Positions 36,000 to 49,483 of a stretch of DNA of 64,000 nucleotides are shown one piece after another. Position 1 is the stretch's first letter. Each line of letters starts with the position of its first letter. The translations under genes were made by a program, and so were the position numbers. A model generated the notes under the pieces. That model ran no database searches, was not told the origin of the DNA, and worked only from the letters and a program-made list of their open reading frames with translations. Source of the stretch: Mobula hypostoma. Lineage: Eukaryota. Where the stretch lies: contig NC_086097.1 in assembly GCF_963921235.1 (NCBI RefSeq), forward strand, positions 190,218,001-190,282,000, written 5' to 3'.

Positions 36000-38900
36000 A
36001 GGTGTCTTTTAGATGAAATACTGTCTCAGCAGATGTAATTCAAAAAGCCAATTTCATAGCACCATAACCTGCATTTAGGCATCACACCAATACCATCACA
36101 GAACAGAATCGGTACCATACTGTTGTTTTTGTAATTGATTGCCAAGCTTCTGACAGTGCAATAGGATCTTCATTCTAAACTACTTTGAGAGCTATACCTA
36201 TCTAGGAGTTTCCTAAGGTCATGAACAGTGGCATAAACTGTAGAGCTTTGCTTGGGTATACAACTGGGGCTCGATCTAGGATTTGCTAAACAAGGCCACT
36301 CTTGACCCTGCGCTTGTCGAATTCTTGCATTTGTTTTCAATCACAGCCTTCATGAAGTTACTCCTCATATGCGACAATGCTGGTGGGTCACCTTAATCTG
36401 ATGGGGAAGTGGGATGTCAGGCACAGAAGGGAAGGTCCTTTTGAGCTCAGGTTGGGCAGCCATGTCCAAACACAAACCTTTTTACACATTACTTGACAAA
36501 ATAGCTCAACTAAAATCAGCCAATCTTAAAGTGTACAATTGCAGAACTAAAATGTTCATTTTCAAATCTATCAATGGAAAAGAAAATGTCATTCCATTTC
36601 ATGACAAAGTGGAACTGCAGTAATAATTCAGTTTCTCTCTTCTTTAGTAACACTTTGAAACATCTTCTCAAAATAATTTGTTAAAAAGAAATTTCACCTT
36701 AAGATATAATTAAACATTACATCAAGAAAAACAGTTGTTAAAATAATGGTCTTCTGAACCTTAAGTATGAACTATCTAATCTGGTCACCTTCTTCAATGC
36801 ATTGAGAACTAAGTGGAATTACCTTGCAATGGCTCCAGTCCATTCTATTACTTGTGCAGAATGTAGCACACCACATTTATTATACATCGCCAAAAACTGA
36901 ATGGTCTGAAATACATGAGCGTACCTAGAGTAATTTATTTTTGTATATTAAGCTCCATGTAGAATATTTGGTATTTTCATACATTGTGTAATCACTAAAT
37001 TCTATAACAAAGGAACTTGCTTGTAAATGTTGATGAAGGTATCACCAAGTTTCTAAGGCAGTGATTGAAATCAAGACTAATATAAATAGAAAAATTCAAT
37101 TTGGTCGGCAAATTGGCTGAGGGGAACAAATTGTGATGTTTTCATTTGTAAGCTGAAGTGTGAATTAAAGAAAATATTCACACTGTGTAAACACAAAAAC
37201 AAAACTCTTAGATCAAAAAATTCATATACTGCAGAATTAGTCCAATACATGTAGTTTATGTTAATGTGGATCATTATGAGAAAGCACTAAATTTAATCTT
37301 TAAAAATTAAAATTTAAATTTTATGCAAATTTAATGTCTTTCAATCAGTGGTGTGTAAAATGGTTAGCAAGTTATAAAATTGAAAGTGCTGATTAGAATA
37401 TTAAACCTCGAAAGTGGCTTTAGAGCCACTTCTTTTGTTGCAATATCAGCAAATTTGTCAGAACAGCAAGATTTGTTGCGATTATACTAAATACATAAAT
37501 GTCATAACACTGCACTATGTTCATGTATAACATGCCTATTAAATCTATCTCTCTTAGTGGCCAAACACAAAAGCAAGGAAGATCAAATACTTCACATGCA
37601 GTTTTGATTTTCTTCATTAACATATTTTGAAGCTGATACTGCTGATGTATTTTCCTCACTCCCCTCCTAACGAAATTAATTTGTGTTGGAGTATGTTTGC
37701 TTGGTTGCTGGCTGGTAATCAAGCTGAGATTTCAAAAGCAGAATACAGTTCTAAGGTTGATTATGCAGATAAGTCAGATCCTGGTCTTGCTGATGTTCAC
37801 ACTTACCATGATGAATCACTGGTTTGAAACACTTTTGGAATTTTGGCTTACCCTTTCCTCACATATGAAAAATAATTCCAGCATCCCAGTTTTCCAGAGG
37901 GGAAGAATAGTTATGCTAATCTAATCAGTCCCTTTCAAATAGTGAGTCCTAGAATGTGCAGCATTTTTTGACCTCTTGACAGAATATTCTCACATAATTT
38001 TGTGCTATGTTACATGATTTTACTCACTATTTTGGAACTGAAACAAGTTATTTAGTCCACTTAATGCATGCTGATGTTTATGCTACCCAAAACTTTCTGC
38101 ACTTAACCTCATCAAAGCATGATCAAGATCTTCTGCTGGCCTAGAACTGATGACAGACTCCACATTGCTATGCTTTTTGTTCCATTGTGACCCCATCATC
38201 CACTGGATGTCTGGCTTCTACAATTTAGCATCACCCTGTGTAGCACAGTATCTCTCTCAGTGAAGATAGCTAAAGGCATTCACAGAGCTCAATCCCCAGG
38301 CTCACAGACTGACAGAGATGTCCATATTAATGAGACTTAGACATTCAAAAAGATGGCTAATTTTGTTTTGCACTTACATTCCACAAAACAAATTCACACT
38401 CCTCATATCATTTAAGAACATTGAAAATAATATCAATAAATAATAAAGGAAGATTATATACCTTTTTCCTGAAGCCAAAGTCTCCTATTCAATTAAATAG
38501 AGTGTGCAGTGATTGACCTTGCATTAATCTAGGGCGGGGGCAATGAGATTACCATTTTGAGAACTGGGAAATCAGTGGATGAAGCAGGAGGCACGTCGTC
38601 TGTTGAAGGCTAGATCTGCAGCGTTCAAGTCTGGCGACCCAGGTCTGTACCAAAAAACCAGGTATGATTTGTGGGGGACTATTTCAAGGGCGAAGAGACA
38701 ATTTTGAATGAGGTTGGAGGTGACATCAGATCCACAACAACTCTGGCAGGGTTTGCAAGACACTACTTCCTACAAAGGGAAATCCAATAAGATGATTGGC
38801 AGAGATGCTTCACTACCAGGTGAACTCAATGCCTTCTATGCCCACTTTGAAAGAAAGAATACAACTACAGCAGTGAAGATCCCTGCTGCAACTGGTGACC

Positions 38901-40344
38901 CTGTGATATCTGTCTCAGGGGCCGATTAGGCTGTCTTTAAAGGGAGTGAACCTTCACACAGCAGAAGGTCCCGATGGAGTACCCGGTAAGGCTCTGAAAA
39001 GCTGTGCCACAGGAGTATTCAAGGTCATTTTCGACCTCTCACTGCTATGGGCAGAAGTTCCCACTTGCTTCAAAAAGGCAACAATTATATCAGTGCCTAA
39101 GAAGAATAATGTGAGCTGCCTTAATGATTATTGCCCAGTAGCACTCACATCGACAGTGATAAAATGCTTTGAGAGGTTGGTCGTGACTAGACTGAACTCC
39201 TGCCTCAGCAAGGACCTGGACCCACTGCAATTTGCCTATCGTCACAATAGGTCAATGGCAGGTGCAATCTCAATGGCTCTGCACATGGCTTTAGACCATC
39301 TGGACAGCACAAACACCTATGTCATGTTGCTGTTCATCGACTATAGCTCAGTATTTAATACCATCATTTCCACAATCCTGACTGAGAAGTTGCAGAACCT
39401 GGGCTTCTGTACCTCCCTCTGCAATTGGATCCTTGACTTCCTAACCAGAAGATCACAATCTGGGTGGATTGACAATAACATCTCCTCCTTGTTAATGATG
39501 AACACTGGTGCATTTTAAGGGTGTGTGCTTAGCCCACTGCTCTACTCTCTATATACCCATAACTGTGTGGCTAGGCATAGCTCAAATACCATCTATAAAT
39601 TTGCTGATGATAAAACCACTGTTGGTAGAATATCAGGTGGTGACAAGAGGCAGTACAGAAGTGAGATATGCCAACTAGTGGAGTGGTGTCGCAGCAACAA
39701 CCTGGCACTCAACGTCAGTAAGATGAAAGAGCTGAATGTGAACTTCAGGAAGGGTAAGATGAAGGAACAATCCACATAGAGGGATCAGAAGTGGACAGAG
39801 TGAGCAGTTTCAAATTCCTGGGTGGCAAGATCTCAGAGGATCTAACCTGGTCACAACATATCAATGTAGTTATAAAGAAGGCAAGACAGCAGCTATACTT
39901 TATTAGGAGCTTGAAGAGATCTGGCATGTCAACAAATACACTCAGAAACTTATATGGTTATACCGTGGAGAGCATTCTGATAGGCTGCATCACTGTCTGG
40001 TATGGGGGGGGGCAACTGCACAAGACTGAAAGAAGCTGCAGAAGGTTGTAAATCTGGTCAGCTCCATCTTAGGCACTAGCCTACAAAGTACCCAGGACAT
40101 CTTCAAGGAGCAGTGTCTCAGAAAGCATCCGTTATTAAAGAACTCTAGCACCCAGGGCAGGCCATTTTCTCACTATTACCATCAGGTAGGAGGTACAGAA
40201 GCCTGATGGCACACACTTAGTGATTCAGGAACAGCTTCTTCCCCTCTGCCATCTGCTTTCTAAACGGGCATTGAACCCTTGGACACTACCTTAATTTTTT
40301 AATATTCAGTATTTATGTTTTTTGCACTATTTTAATCTATTCAA

Positions 40345-40396
40345 TATATATATACACACACGCACACACACACACACACACACATACACTGTTATA

Positions 40397-40437
<41 letters not shown>

Positions 40438-40448
40438 CACACACACAT
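40345..40448. repeat. (TA)n/(CA)n compound microsatellite
   Basis: Directly visible. Confidence 0.9.
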
Positions 40449-40470
40449 ACTGTTATTTATTTATTTATTA

Positions 40471-41323
40471 TGTTACGTACCCCGTAACTGGGTTGCCAAT
40501 CCAGCAGAAATGGATCACTCAGTTGGAGTCTGGATTACTAGAACTAAGAAAGTTTTATTAAAGAAACAAGCAACACAGTACTCTAATCAAAAGGATAATG
40601 AATGCAACAGTTCAGCAATGATAAACATACATGTACGCAGAATTAAGATAACAGGATCAATCAAGCTCTATCGTTGTCTAGGGGTAAATGACCAGTTTCA
40701 AAATGACGCAAAGTTCAGTTCAATTTAGTTCAGTTCAGTTCGCAGTAATCGCTGCCGTGGCGATGGACAGTGGGGGGAAGGAGAGAGAGAGCAAACGAAT
40801 GAATATTCAAGGTTTCCAGACAGACCTTCGCGGTCAGCTTTCGGGCGAGTCCTTTGTGATGTCATCTGACCTCTCCGTTTCCAGATGCGATCATTTCCCT
40901 GCGCTGAACCTGGCACCCAGGCAAGGGTGGATGCACACCAGGTTCCCGCCGATCGTGCCTTTCCACCCTGTGCGTTTATGGCCCGGTACTTCCCACCGAC
41001 TTGTGAGAGATGCACCGCTTCCAGGGTCTTGTTACTTCGGGTGTCATGTGTGTGTCGCCTTAGCGAACCTGTCCCTTTTTATCCCCCTGCTGGGGTATCG
41101 CCTGTCCATCACTTCAAACAGTTCAAGGTTCAAAGGGGGAGCCGCTCTTGACAGCTCTCTTTCTGTTACTCTCTCTCCCGTCCCTTCATTACACATCTCC
41201 AAATGCTGCTCCATTGTTTTCCTTATCTCTCTCTCTCCTGAAGGCAGGTGGCAAACCAACTGCTGATCCCACCGGTGCCAGCACAGGACAGCTACATCTT
41301 AATCTATGTGTATTCTTGTCACA
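40471..41323 (-). mobile_element. Solo LTR of the Gmr1-like family
   Basis: Homologous to 31748-32643; TG...CA ends; TSD ATTA. Confidence 0.93.
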
Positions 41324-41779
41324 ATTATTATTATTTAATTTTTTTCTTCTATATTATGTATTGCATTGAACTGCTGCTGCTGCTGCTGTTAACAGATTTC
41401 ACGTCATATCCCAGTGATAATAAACACGATTCTGATTCTGATCCCAAGTATAGCTCACAGATGCAGTGCAGGAACAGCTGGCAGGATAGAAGGTAGCACT
41501 CATAGCTTACATCCATACACAGTGCTGGAAGCAGTAACATCCACAGAGATGCACAACTAATTCTTGGCATTATCAATGGTATGGATTTAGAAGCTTCAGG
41601 CCTCCTTGATATTTTCCATATAACTTTATGTAAGCTAGGCTGGAACCCCTCATACACATGAACAAGTGAATGCCATTAAGTTATTGGGATCCTAAATACA
41701 AATTTAAAAAAAAACTTCAGATACTGTAATAGGAATTAGTTCTATTAAACAGCACCTGTGGAAAGATAGACTCTTTCCA

Positions 41780-42396
41780 GTAAACACAAAATACTCTGCA
41801 GATGCTGGGGTCAAAGCAACACCTCTGCTCCGTCCGCCACAACCAGACAGGCACCTCTGCTCCATCCGCCGCAACAGACAGGATCACCCAGTTGCCACCC
41901 ACTTCAACTCTGCTTCACATTCCCATTCACATATATCCATACATGGCCTCCTCTATGATGAGGCTAAGCTCTGGTTGGAGGAGCAACACCTCCTATACAG
42001 TCTGGGTAGTCTCCAGCCCCTTGGTATGAACATTGAATTCTCTAACTTCTGGTAATTCCCTCCCCCTCCCTTCCCCTATCCCTATTTCACTCTGCCCCCT
42101 CCCCCAGCTGCCTACTACCTCCCTCATGGTTCCGCCTCCTTCTACTACACATTGTGTTTTCCCCTATTCCTTCTTCACCTTTCCTGCCTATCACCTCCCT
42201 GCTTCCCCTCCCCCACCCCTTTATCTTTCCCCTTACTGGTTTTTCACCTGGAACCTACCAGCCTTCTCCTTCCCACCCTCCCCCACCTTCTTTAGAGGGC
42301 CTCTGCTCCTTCCCTCTTCAGTCCTGACAAAAGATTCCGGCCCGAAACGTTGACTGATCGTTTCCACGGATGCTGCCCGACCTACTGAGCTCCTCC
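41780..42396. mobile_element. Penelope-like fragment with internal inversion
   Basis: About 40 bp of 3' terminus on the minus strand, then the body on the plus strand with a degenerate hammerhead at 42320-42355. 12-bp TSD AGACTCTTTCCA. Confidence 0.8.
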
Positions 42397-42602
42397 AGAC
42401 TCTTTCCATATATGCTGCCTGAATTGCCTCTAGAACTAAGACCTTAGTGCTGCCTTAACATGGAAGACAGTAAATCACCTGCCACAAGTACAGCATACAT
42501 AAAACCAGGCCTGAAAATCTGAACAAACTTTACCCTTATGGAGCTGGGGCCAGTTTGAGTGTTCTTCAGGGTGTCATAAAGAATTTGCTTGACTACCAAC
42601 TC

Positions 42603-42728
42603 AACAGGAATTCTGCAGATGCTGGAAATTCAAGCAACACACATCAAAGTTGCTGGTGAACGCAGCAGGCCAGGCAGCATCTCTAGGAAGAAGTACAGTG
42701 GACGTTTCAGGCCGAGACCCTTCGTCAG
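42603..42728 (-). mobile_element. Stand-alone Penelope-like 3' terminal unit
   Basis: Perfect 12-bp TSD GACTACCAACTC at 42591-42602 and 42729-42740; hammerhead core intact. Confidence 0.9.
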
Positions 42729-44682
42729 GACTACCAACTCTCTCAGAATGCCAATTTTAATTTTTAAGATTCAGAGTGACACTTTAATGAATATTGCTTG
42801 CCAAAATTTGCCATCCTTCCATTTTTGATTCCACATGGATCATCCACTTCCTGCATCACTTTCTTAATTGAGTAATTCAGCCTTGCACCATCCAACCTTC
42901 AAGCATGTATTCTTCCATGAAATGAGATAAGCATCTGATAAAAATCAAACTGGCTAAACATGTTAATATCCATTGACCAAAATTCTTTACAAATTCCTTT
43001 CACCATGAAAGTAGATTCCTAGTTACTGAAGTTACTTACAATTACTGGAGTAAAAGATCGTTAAAGCTTTGCTGAAAATGAAGCAATTCCCCCCAGTTAT
43101 TTAATTTGTTCTCAGTGCTGTTAATGCTTGCTTGCATTTCTGATACTTCAAATATGACAAAGTCACTCTAGCAGCCTAGATATTTGTTGTAATTTATATC
43201 TTATGCCCAATTAAAGAATATAAATGTCAGCATAAAGAATATTTAATCAAATCCCCTGTTAAATGTTGCATTTATAATACATATCCAGAGATAAGCAGTG
43301 ATGAACTGAGTTCATTTGTACATATTTTTGGCCATAAAGTATTCCCAGAGCTCCAAAATCATGTGTACAATATGCCTCACAATTGAAGAGTGAATTGCAC
43401 TGAATGATTTATTAGTAAGGGATTAAAATATGCACAACAAATATATAGTAGAACAATACAAAACAGATTACCCCTCAATCAGGTGCAATACTGATTTGAC
43501 AATATTGAAACAGTTTTGAAGTTTACTAGACAACATGATCAGCAACAGAGAGACATCTCATTAGTACTGCTAAAATACATAATAAATAAATTACTGATAA
43601 TAGGCAATTAATTTCTTCAAGTCATTGTCATTATTTCATAGGCAATTGGAAATTTTTGTGGTTATTTCCAACTCTAGATGTGGTATGACACCAATAGGAA
43701 AAGGAAGTGGTGTTACTGAAAGGGAACCTGAAATATTGAGAATCTTCTACTGCCTGAGTTAAGTTAGAATTTAATTCAGCTTCCATCATTGACCATCACA
43801 AATAAAAATAAAGACCATCACAAAATAGACATTGCAAATTAGGTTTACAAATGAATTCATCCAATATACACAGAAAATCAATTAACTAACGCTTTACATT
43901 CCCTTATTGCAGGGTGTGCTTCTGTTCATTTCTACTTCAGTGGTTGATGAAAGGCTGCTGACTTACTGCAGTGGAGATGCTGCAGATTGAGAACAGCTTT
44001 CATTAGTCTCTAGATCAAGCAGTCAGTCCTGACTAAATGTATGCAAGGCAAGGGGCTTCCAAGCAGAATATAAGGCTTTGAAGATGAATGCCGCCTTCCT
44101 GAAAGGGAATGCAGGTCAGATTTTATGGGGCCAGGTGAGATGCCTCAGCAAACTGGTAATTTATTAGTTAGAAGATTGCTGGATAGATTGATGAACAGCT
44201 GGAACAGCTTGAAAACCCAAATGTGTGTTGTAATCCAGACTCATGGTGGCGACAGCCTGAGCCTCCAGTGCAACACTCAGATGTCGGGCGATGCTGCTCA
44301 GATGGGAACTGCAACATTAATCCTCATTAGGTTAATGAAATTCAAAGCTACAAAAGGTGAAGTCCAAACTCTGTGCTAAATTGCTCCATATTCTTTGTTA
44401 CTGAAGAAAAGTTTTAGATGACTTTGTAATGCACTGAACACGTCAGTGTACGTCCTTATCAGCCTTCTTCTACAGCTGCCCCACAATGTCCTAACTTAAA
44501 TGCTCTCCAACAGAGCTCATATGTGGCTCCTAAGTTAGCTGACAACAGTTGTATCCTTGATTTGTGTTCCAGCTACAGACCACCTATATATAGAGTCACA
44601 TCTCCATGCTAACCTGTTAATTATTTAACTGAGCTGGTGGTTTGAAGTGTATACTCCAATGAAAGCTGCATTTTATTATCAT

Positions 44683-45410
44683 CCAACACACATAAAATTT
44701 GCTGGTGAACACAGCAGGCCAGGCAGCATCTCTAGGAAGAGGTATAGTCGACATTTCGGGCCGAGACCCTTCGTCAGGAATCACTGAAAGAAGAGATAGT
44801 ACGAGATTTGAAAGTGGGAGTGGGAGTGGGAGTGGGAGGGGGAGGGGGAGGGGGAGATCCGAAATAATAGGAGAAGACAGGAGGGGGAGGGATGGAGCCA
44901 AGAGCTGGACAGTTGATTGGCAAAAGGGATATGAGAGGATCATGGGACAGGAGGCCCAGGGAGAAAGAAAGAGGGAGTGGGGGAGCCCAGAGGATGGGCA
45001 AGGAGTATACTGAGAGGGATAGAGGGAGAAAAAGGAGAGAGAGAAAAAGAATGTGTGTATATAAATAAATAATGGATGGGGTACTAGGGGGAGGTGGGGC
45101 ATTAACAGAAGTTTGTGAAGTCAATGTTCATGCCATCAGGTTGGAGGCTACCCAGACGGAATATAAGGTGTTGCTCCTCGAGCCTGAGTGTGGCTTCATC
45201 TTGACAGTAGAGGAGGCTGTGGATAGACATATCAGAATGGGAATGGGATGTGGAATTAAAATGTGTGGCCACTGGGAGATCCTGCTTTCTCTGGCGGACA
45301 GAGCGTAGGTGTTCAGCTAAATGGTCTCCCAGTCTGCGTTGGGTCTCACCAATATATAGAAGGCCGCAACGGGAGTACCGGACGCAGTATATCACACCAG
45401 CCGACTCACT
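44683..45410 (-). mobile_element. Penelope-like element 3' part with GIY-YIG endonuclease
   Basis: ORF 45102-45455 reads GVIYCVRYSRCGLLYIGETQRRLGDHLAEHLRSV...EEQHLIFRLGSLQPDGMN. Hammerhead motif at 44746-44781. Confidence 0.92.
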
Positions 45411-45436
45411 ATCTTCTTGCTGCCCCTCCCCCTCTT

Positions 45437-45982
45437 CTCTAGATCTTGATAACATATGATGGCTTTGGGCCTATACTTGGTGGAGTTTAGAAGAATGGGG
45501 GTGGGGGGTGGGTGGTGGATCTCATTGAAACACATCAAATATGAAAGGCCTAGGCCTAGATAGTGCGGACATGGAGTGGTTGTTTCCTATAGTGTGGGAG
45601 TCTAGGATCAGAGGGCACAGCCTCAGAATAGAAGGAGATCCCTTTAAAACAGAGATGAGGAGGAATTCTTTAGCCAGAGGGTGGTGAATTTGAGGAATTC
45701 ATTGCTGTGGAGAGCAAGTCATTGGGTATATTTAAAGTAGAATTTGATAGGCTCTTGATTAGTATGGGCATCAGAGGTTACTGGGAAAAGTCAGGAGAAT
45801 GGGATTGAGAGGGATAGTAAATCAGCTATGACCAAATAGTGTAGCAGACTCAATGGGCTGAATGGCCTAATTCTGCTCATATACTTTATAGAAACATAGA
45901 AACATAGAAACATAGAAAATAGGTGCAGGAGTAGGCCATTCGGCCCTTCGAGCCTGCACCGCCATTTATTATGATCATGGCT
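45437..45982. mobile_element. CR1 3' fragment (+, 45437-45887) tail-to-tail with a CR1 3' end (-, 45888-45982)
   Basis: CR1 C-terminal motifs, an (ATAGAAAC)n tail, and a 3' UTR matching 61760-61825. Confidence 0.8.
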
Positions 45983-47030
45983 CTTGATTCCCTGAAAAGG
46001 AAGAGGGACAAGGACAAAACTATGGTGTGAAAATGGGAGCCAACTAAGAGTGGGAATGGGGAAGAAACCCTTATAAAGTTACAAGTGTGAGACATAGGCA
46101 TTTAGCAGATGATGAAGTAAGAATAACCATGTCTTTCATGATTTCAGCCTCAGCAAGTGCAAAGAATGACCAATAACATTTTCTGCATGTAGATTAGGAC
46201 ATGCTGAATCCAGTTGTTCAAGATTTCCTTTTCTATGAGTGAGGAAAGCATGTCAGTAATTGTTGGAAAGCATAGTTAGGTAATGTGACAATGGAGATTG
46301 TCCTGCATCCTGGGCAAAAGATATGTGCAAGCTTTAAGATGTGGGCATGTGATTTTTAAGCTGCTAATTTGTGATGTAGCATATGAATATTGAATCCAAT
46401 TCCAGACTGACAGAAATTACTGATAAACTTATGATAATATTGTAATGAACTGAAGATTAACTGAGGTCAGAAGTGCAATTCGTAGGATCTGGCATTTCAT
46501 TCATTGATTTTGAACACTCCCATAAAATCATGCTTCTTGCATTGAGATCCTTGGGGTTTAATTCTTGGAACTGATTACTAAGGGTGATTACTTCCATACT
46601 TTATCATTGTGTGATTAAAGGAACTCGAGATTACCTCACTTGCCTTATTTAGTAGACTAATTCCCAATTCCTCTATCAGCATTTGGAACTGGAAATAGGA
46701 AAAAAAGGAGGAAAATTTGTTTTCAAAATGGTGTAGCTCCCAGAGATTATCATAGAACCACAACTTTCCTTTGTTTCCATAAAGATTTTGGACTTGTGTG
46801 TGTATATAGGACATTATTTCCAAATGTTCACATGAGACAAATTTGGATGGCCACTGAAATATGGAAAGGCTAATAGTTGATTTCGAATTGATGCAGATAG
46901 CCTAGCATATTGGGTGTAGGATAGCAGCTAAAATTTGATGTTGAGTAATGTGAAATGTTACATTTTGGTAGGAAAAATGCAAGAGGGTACAATTCTACAA
47001 TGGGTGTAAGAGCAGGAAGTATTGGGAATA

Positions 47031-48437
47031 TAGACCATAAGACCATAAGACAAAGGAGCAGAAGTCGGCCATTCGGCCCATCGAGTCTGCTCTGCCATTT
47101 TATCATGAGCTGATCCATTCTCCCATTTAGTCCCGCTCCCCCGCCTTCTCACCATAACCTTTGATGCCCTGGCTACTCAGATACCTATCAATCTCTGCCT
47201 TAAATACACCCAATGACTTGGCCTCCACTGCTGCCCATGGCAACAAATTCCATAGATTCACCACCCTCTGACTAAAAAATTTTCTTCGCATTTCTGTTCT
47301 GAATGGGCACCCTTCAATCCTTAAGTCATGCCCTCTCGTACTAGACTCCCCCATCATGGGAAACAACTTTGCCACATCCACTCTGTCCATGCCTTTCAGC
47401 AATCGAAATGTTTCTATAAGGTCTCCCCTCATTCTTCTAAACTCCAAGGAATGCAGTCCAAGAGCGGACAAACGTTCTTCATATGTTAACCCTCTCATTC
47501 CCTGAATCATTCCAGTGAATCTTCTCTGTACCCTCTCCAATGTCAGCACATCCTTCCTTAAATAAGGAGACCAAAACTGCCCACAGTACTCCAAGTGAGG
47601 TCTCACCAGCTCCTTATAGAGCCTCAACATCACATCCCTGCTTCTATACTCTATTCCTCTAGAAATGAATGCCAACATTGCATTCGTCTTCTTCACTACT
47701 GACTCAACCTGGAGTTTAACCTTAAGGGTATCCTGTACGAGCACGCCCAAGTCCCGTTGCATCTCAGAACTTTGATTTCTTTCCCTATTGAAATAATAGT
47801 CTGCCCGTTTATTATTTCTGCCAAAGTGCATAACCATACAATTTCCAACATTGTACTTCATCTGCCACTTCTCTGCCCATTCTTCCAATCTATCCAAGTC
47901 TCTCTGCAGACTCTCCGTTTCCTCAGCACTACCGGCCCCTCCACCTATCTTCGTATCGTCAGCAAACTTAGCCACAAAGCCATCTATTCCATAATCCAAA
48001 TCGTTGATGTACAATGTAAAAAGAAGCGGCCCCAACACTGATCCCTGTGGAACACCACTGGTAACCGGCAGCCAACCAGAATAGGATCCCTTTATTCCCA
48101 CTCTCTGTTTCCTGCCAATCAGCCAACGCTCTATCCACATATGTAACTTTCCCGTAATTCCATGGGCTCTTATCTTGTTAAGTAGCCTCATGTGTGACAC
48201 CTTGTCAAAGGTCTTCTGAAAATCCAAATATACAACATCCACTGCATTTCCCTTGTCTAGCCCACTGGTAATTTCCTCAAAAAATTGTAATAGGTTTGTC
48301 AGGCAGGATTTTTCTTTAAGGAATCCATGCTGAGTTCTGCCTGTCTTGTCATATGCCTCCAGGTACTCTATTAACCTCATCCTTGACAATCGACTCCAAC
48401 AACTTCCCAACCACCGATGTCAAGCTAACAGGTCTAT
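47031..48437 (-). mobile_element. CR1 LINE RT fragment with an uninterrupted 427-aa ORF (47127-48410)
   Basis: YLDFQKTFDKV, SGVPQGSVLGP, KFADDTK, VRPHLEYC; (TCTTATGG)n tail. Confidence 0.95.
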
Positions 48438-49483
48438 ACTGAAAGTGATTAAAATCAGAATCAGATCAGAATCCTTTATTATCCCAAGTATGTGGACACA
48501 TACAGGGAATTTGATGCTGGTTTCCCGCTACTAGGTTTTATAAATAAAGGTAAAATATATATATATATATAAGCATTATGAGTCTTTATAAAATATTGAT
48601 TGAGCCATAACCCTGCTCAGAGCTCTCACTCCTGGAAAAATGTGAAACCTTTGAAGAAGGTGTGGAAATGATTTACCAAAATGATTCTGGGAATAAGGGA
48701 TTTCAATTTTTCTGGTAAGGTCAGTTTTTGTTGATTGCCCTTAATTGCATAATAAGTTGATGGTGAGGCTTGATTTTAATCTGCTGCAGTCATTGTTAAG
48801 AAATTAATTCACTCATGATGATAGATAGGAAACCCCAGGATTCCACTGCTGTACTTGCACATCCTAGGATGATGAAGATTGATAGGCATAGAAAGTCACC
48901 TTAAGAAACTTCTACAGCCATGATGGAGGTGACTGGTCTTATAGCCATTTACTTTTAGTTTGATTCCATTCACTTGAGAGATTGCTGCCATTTCCCATTG
49001 ATTAACTTTTAATCAGAATTTTTGATGCCATACTTAATCAGATACTGCCTTGGCATAAAGGATTATTTGTTTTAGTTTGGACCCAGGTTGTAATGAGACC
49101 TAGAGTTGAGCAGTCCTGTCAGATCCTGAACCACACATCAGTAGGCATTTGACGATACTGTTAAACATACCTTCCATCACTTTGTATGATGTTATTTTTC
49201 TGTATTGAATTTGCTCTACTTTTTGTGTAAGAACATTCCTAGGCAGAATTAGGCTTCATAATTGTCACGGGTGTGGCAATTGCAATTGTCCACAAACAAC
49301 CTGGTTAGAGACACAGTTAGTTCAGGAGCACAAGGCTTCAACTACAGAACTACATCTGGGATTCTGTCATACCCATTGCTTTTGTTGTTGCAATGGACTC
49401 AAAAATCATTCAAATAACATATAATATGTGAAACTAAAAATGGCTCAAAACTTGCTTCCATATTAGTAAAATCTTGAAGATGC

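Larger units (their letters stand above)
38575..41442 (+). mobile_element. Rex1/Babar LINE, 5'-truncated RT
   Basis: KATIISVPKK, LDPLQFAYRHNRS, FIDYSSVFNTI, KFADD, KKARQQLYFIRSLK; (ATTCTG)n tail. Confidence 0.9.

Noticed and set aside
37795..37960. Minus-strand donor-like motifs (ATG|GTAAGT)
   Set aside because: No convincing acceptor plus open frame upstream.
47127..48410. 427-aa open ORF as a domesticated gene
   Set aside because: Ordinary 5'-truncated CR1 RT with a tail, lacking the endonuclease and with an aberrant N-terminus.
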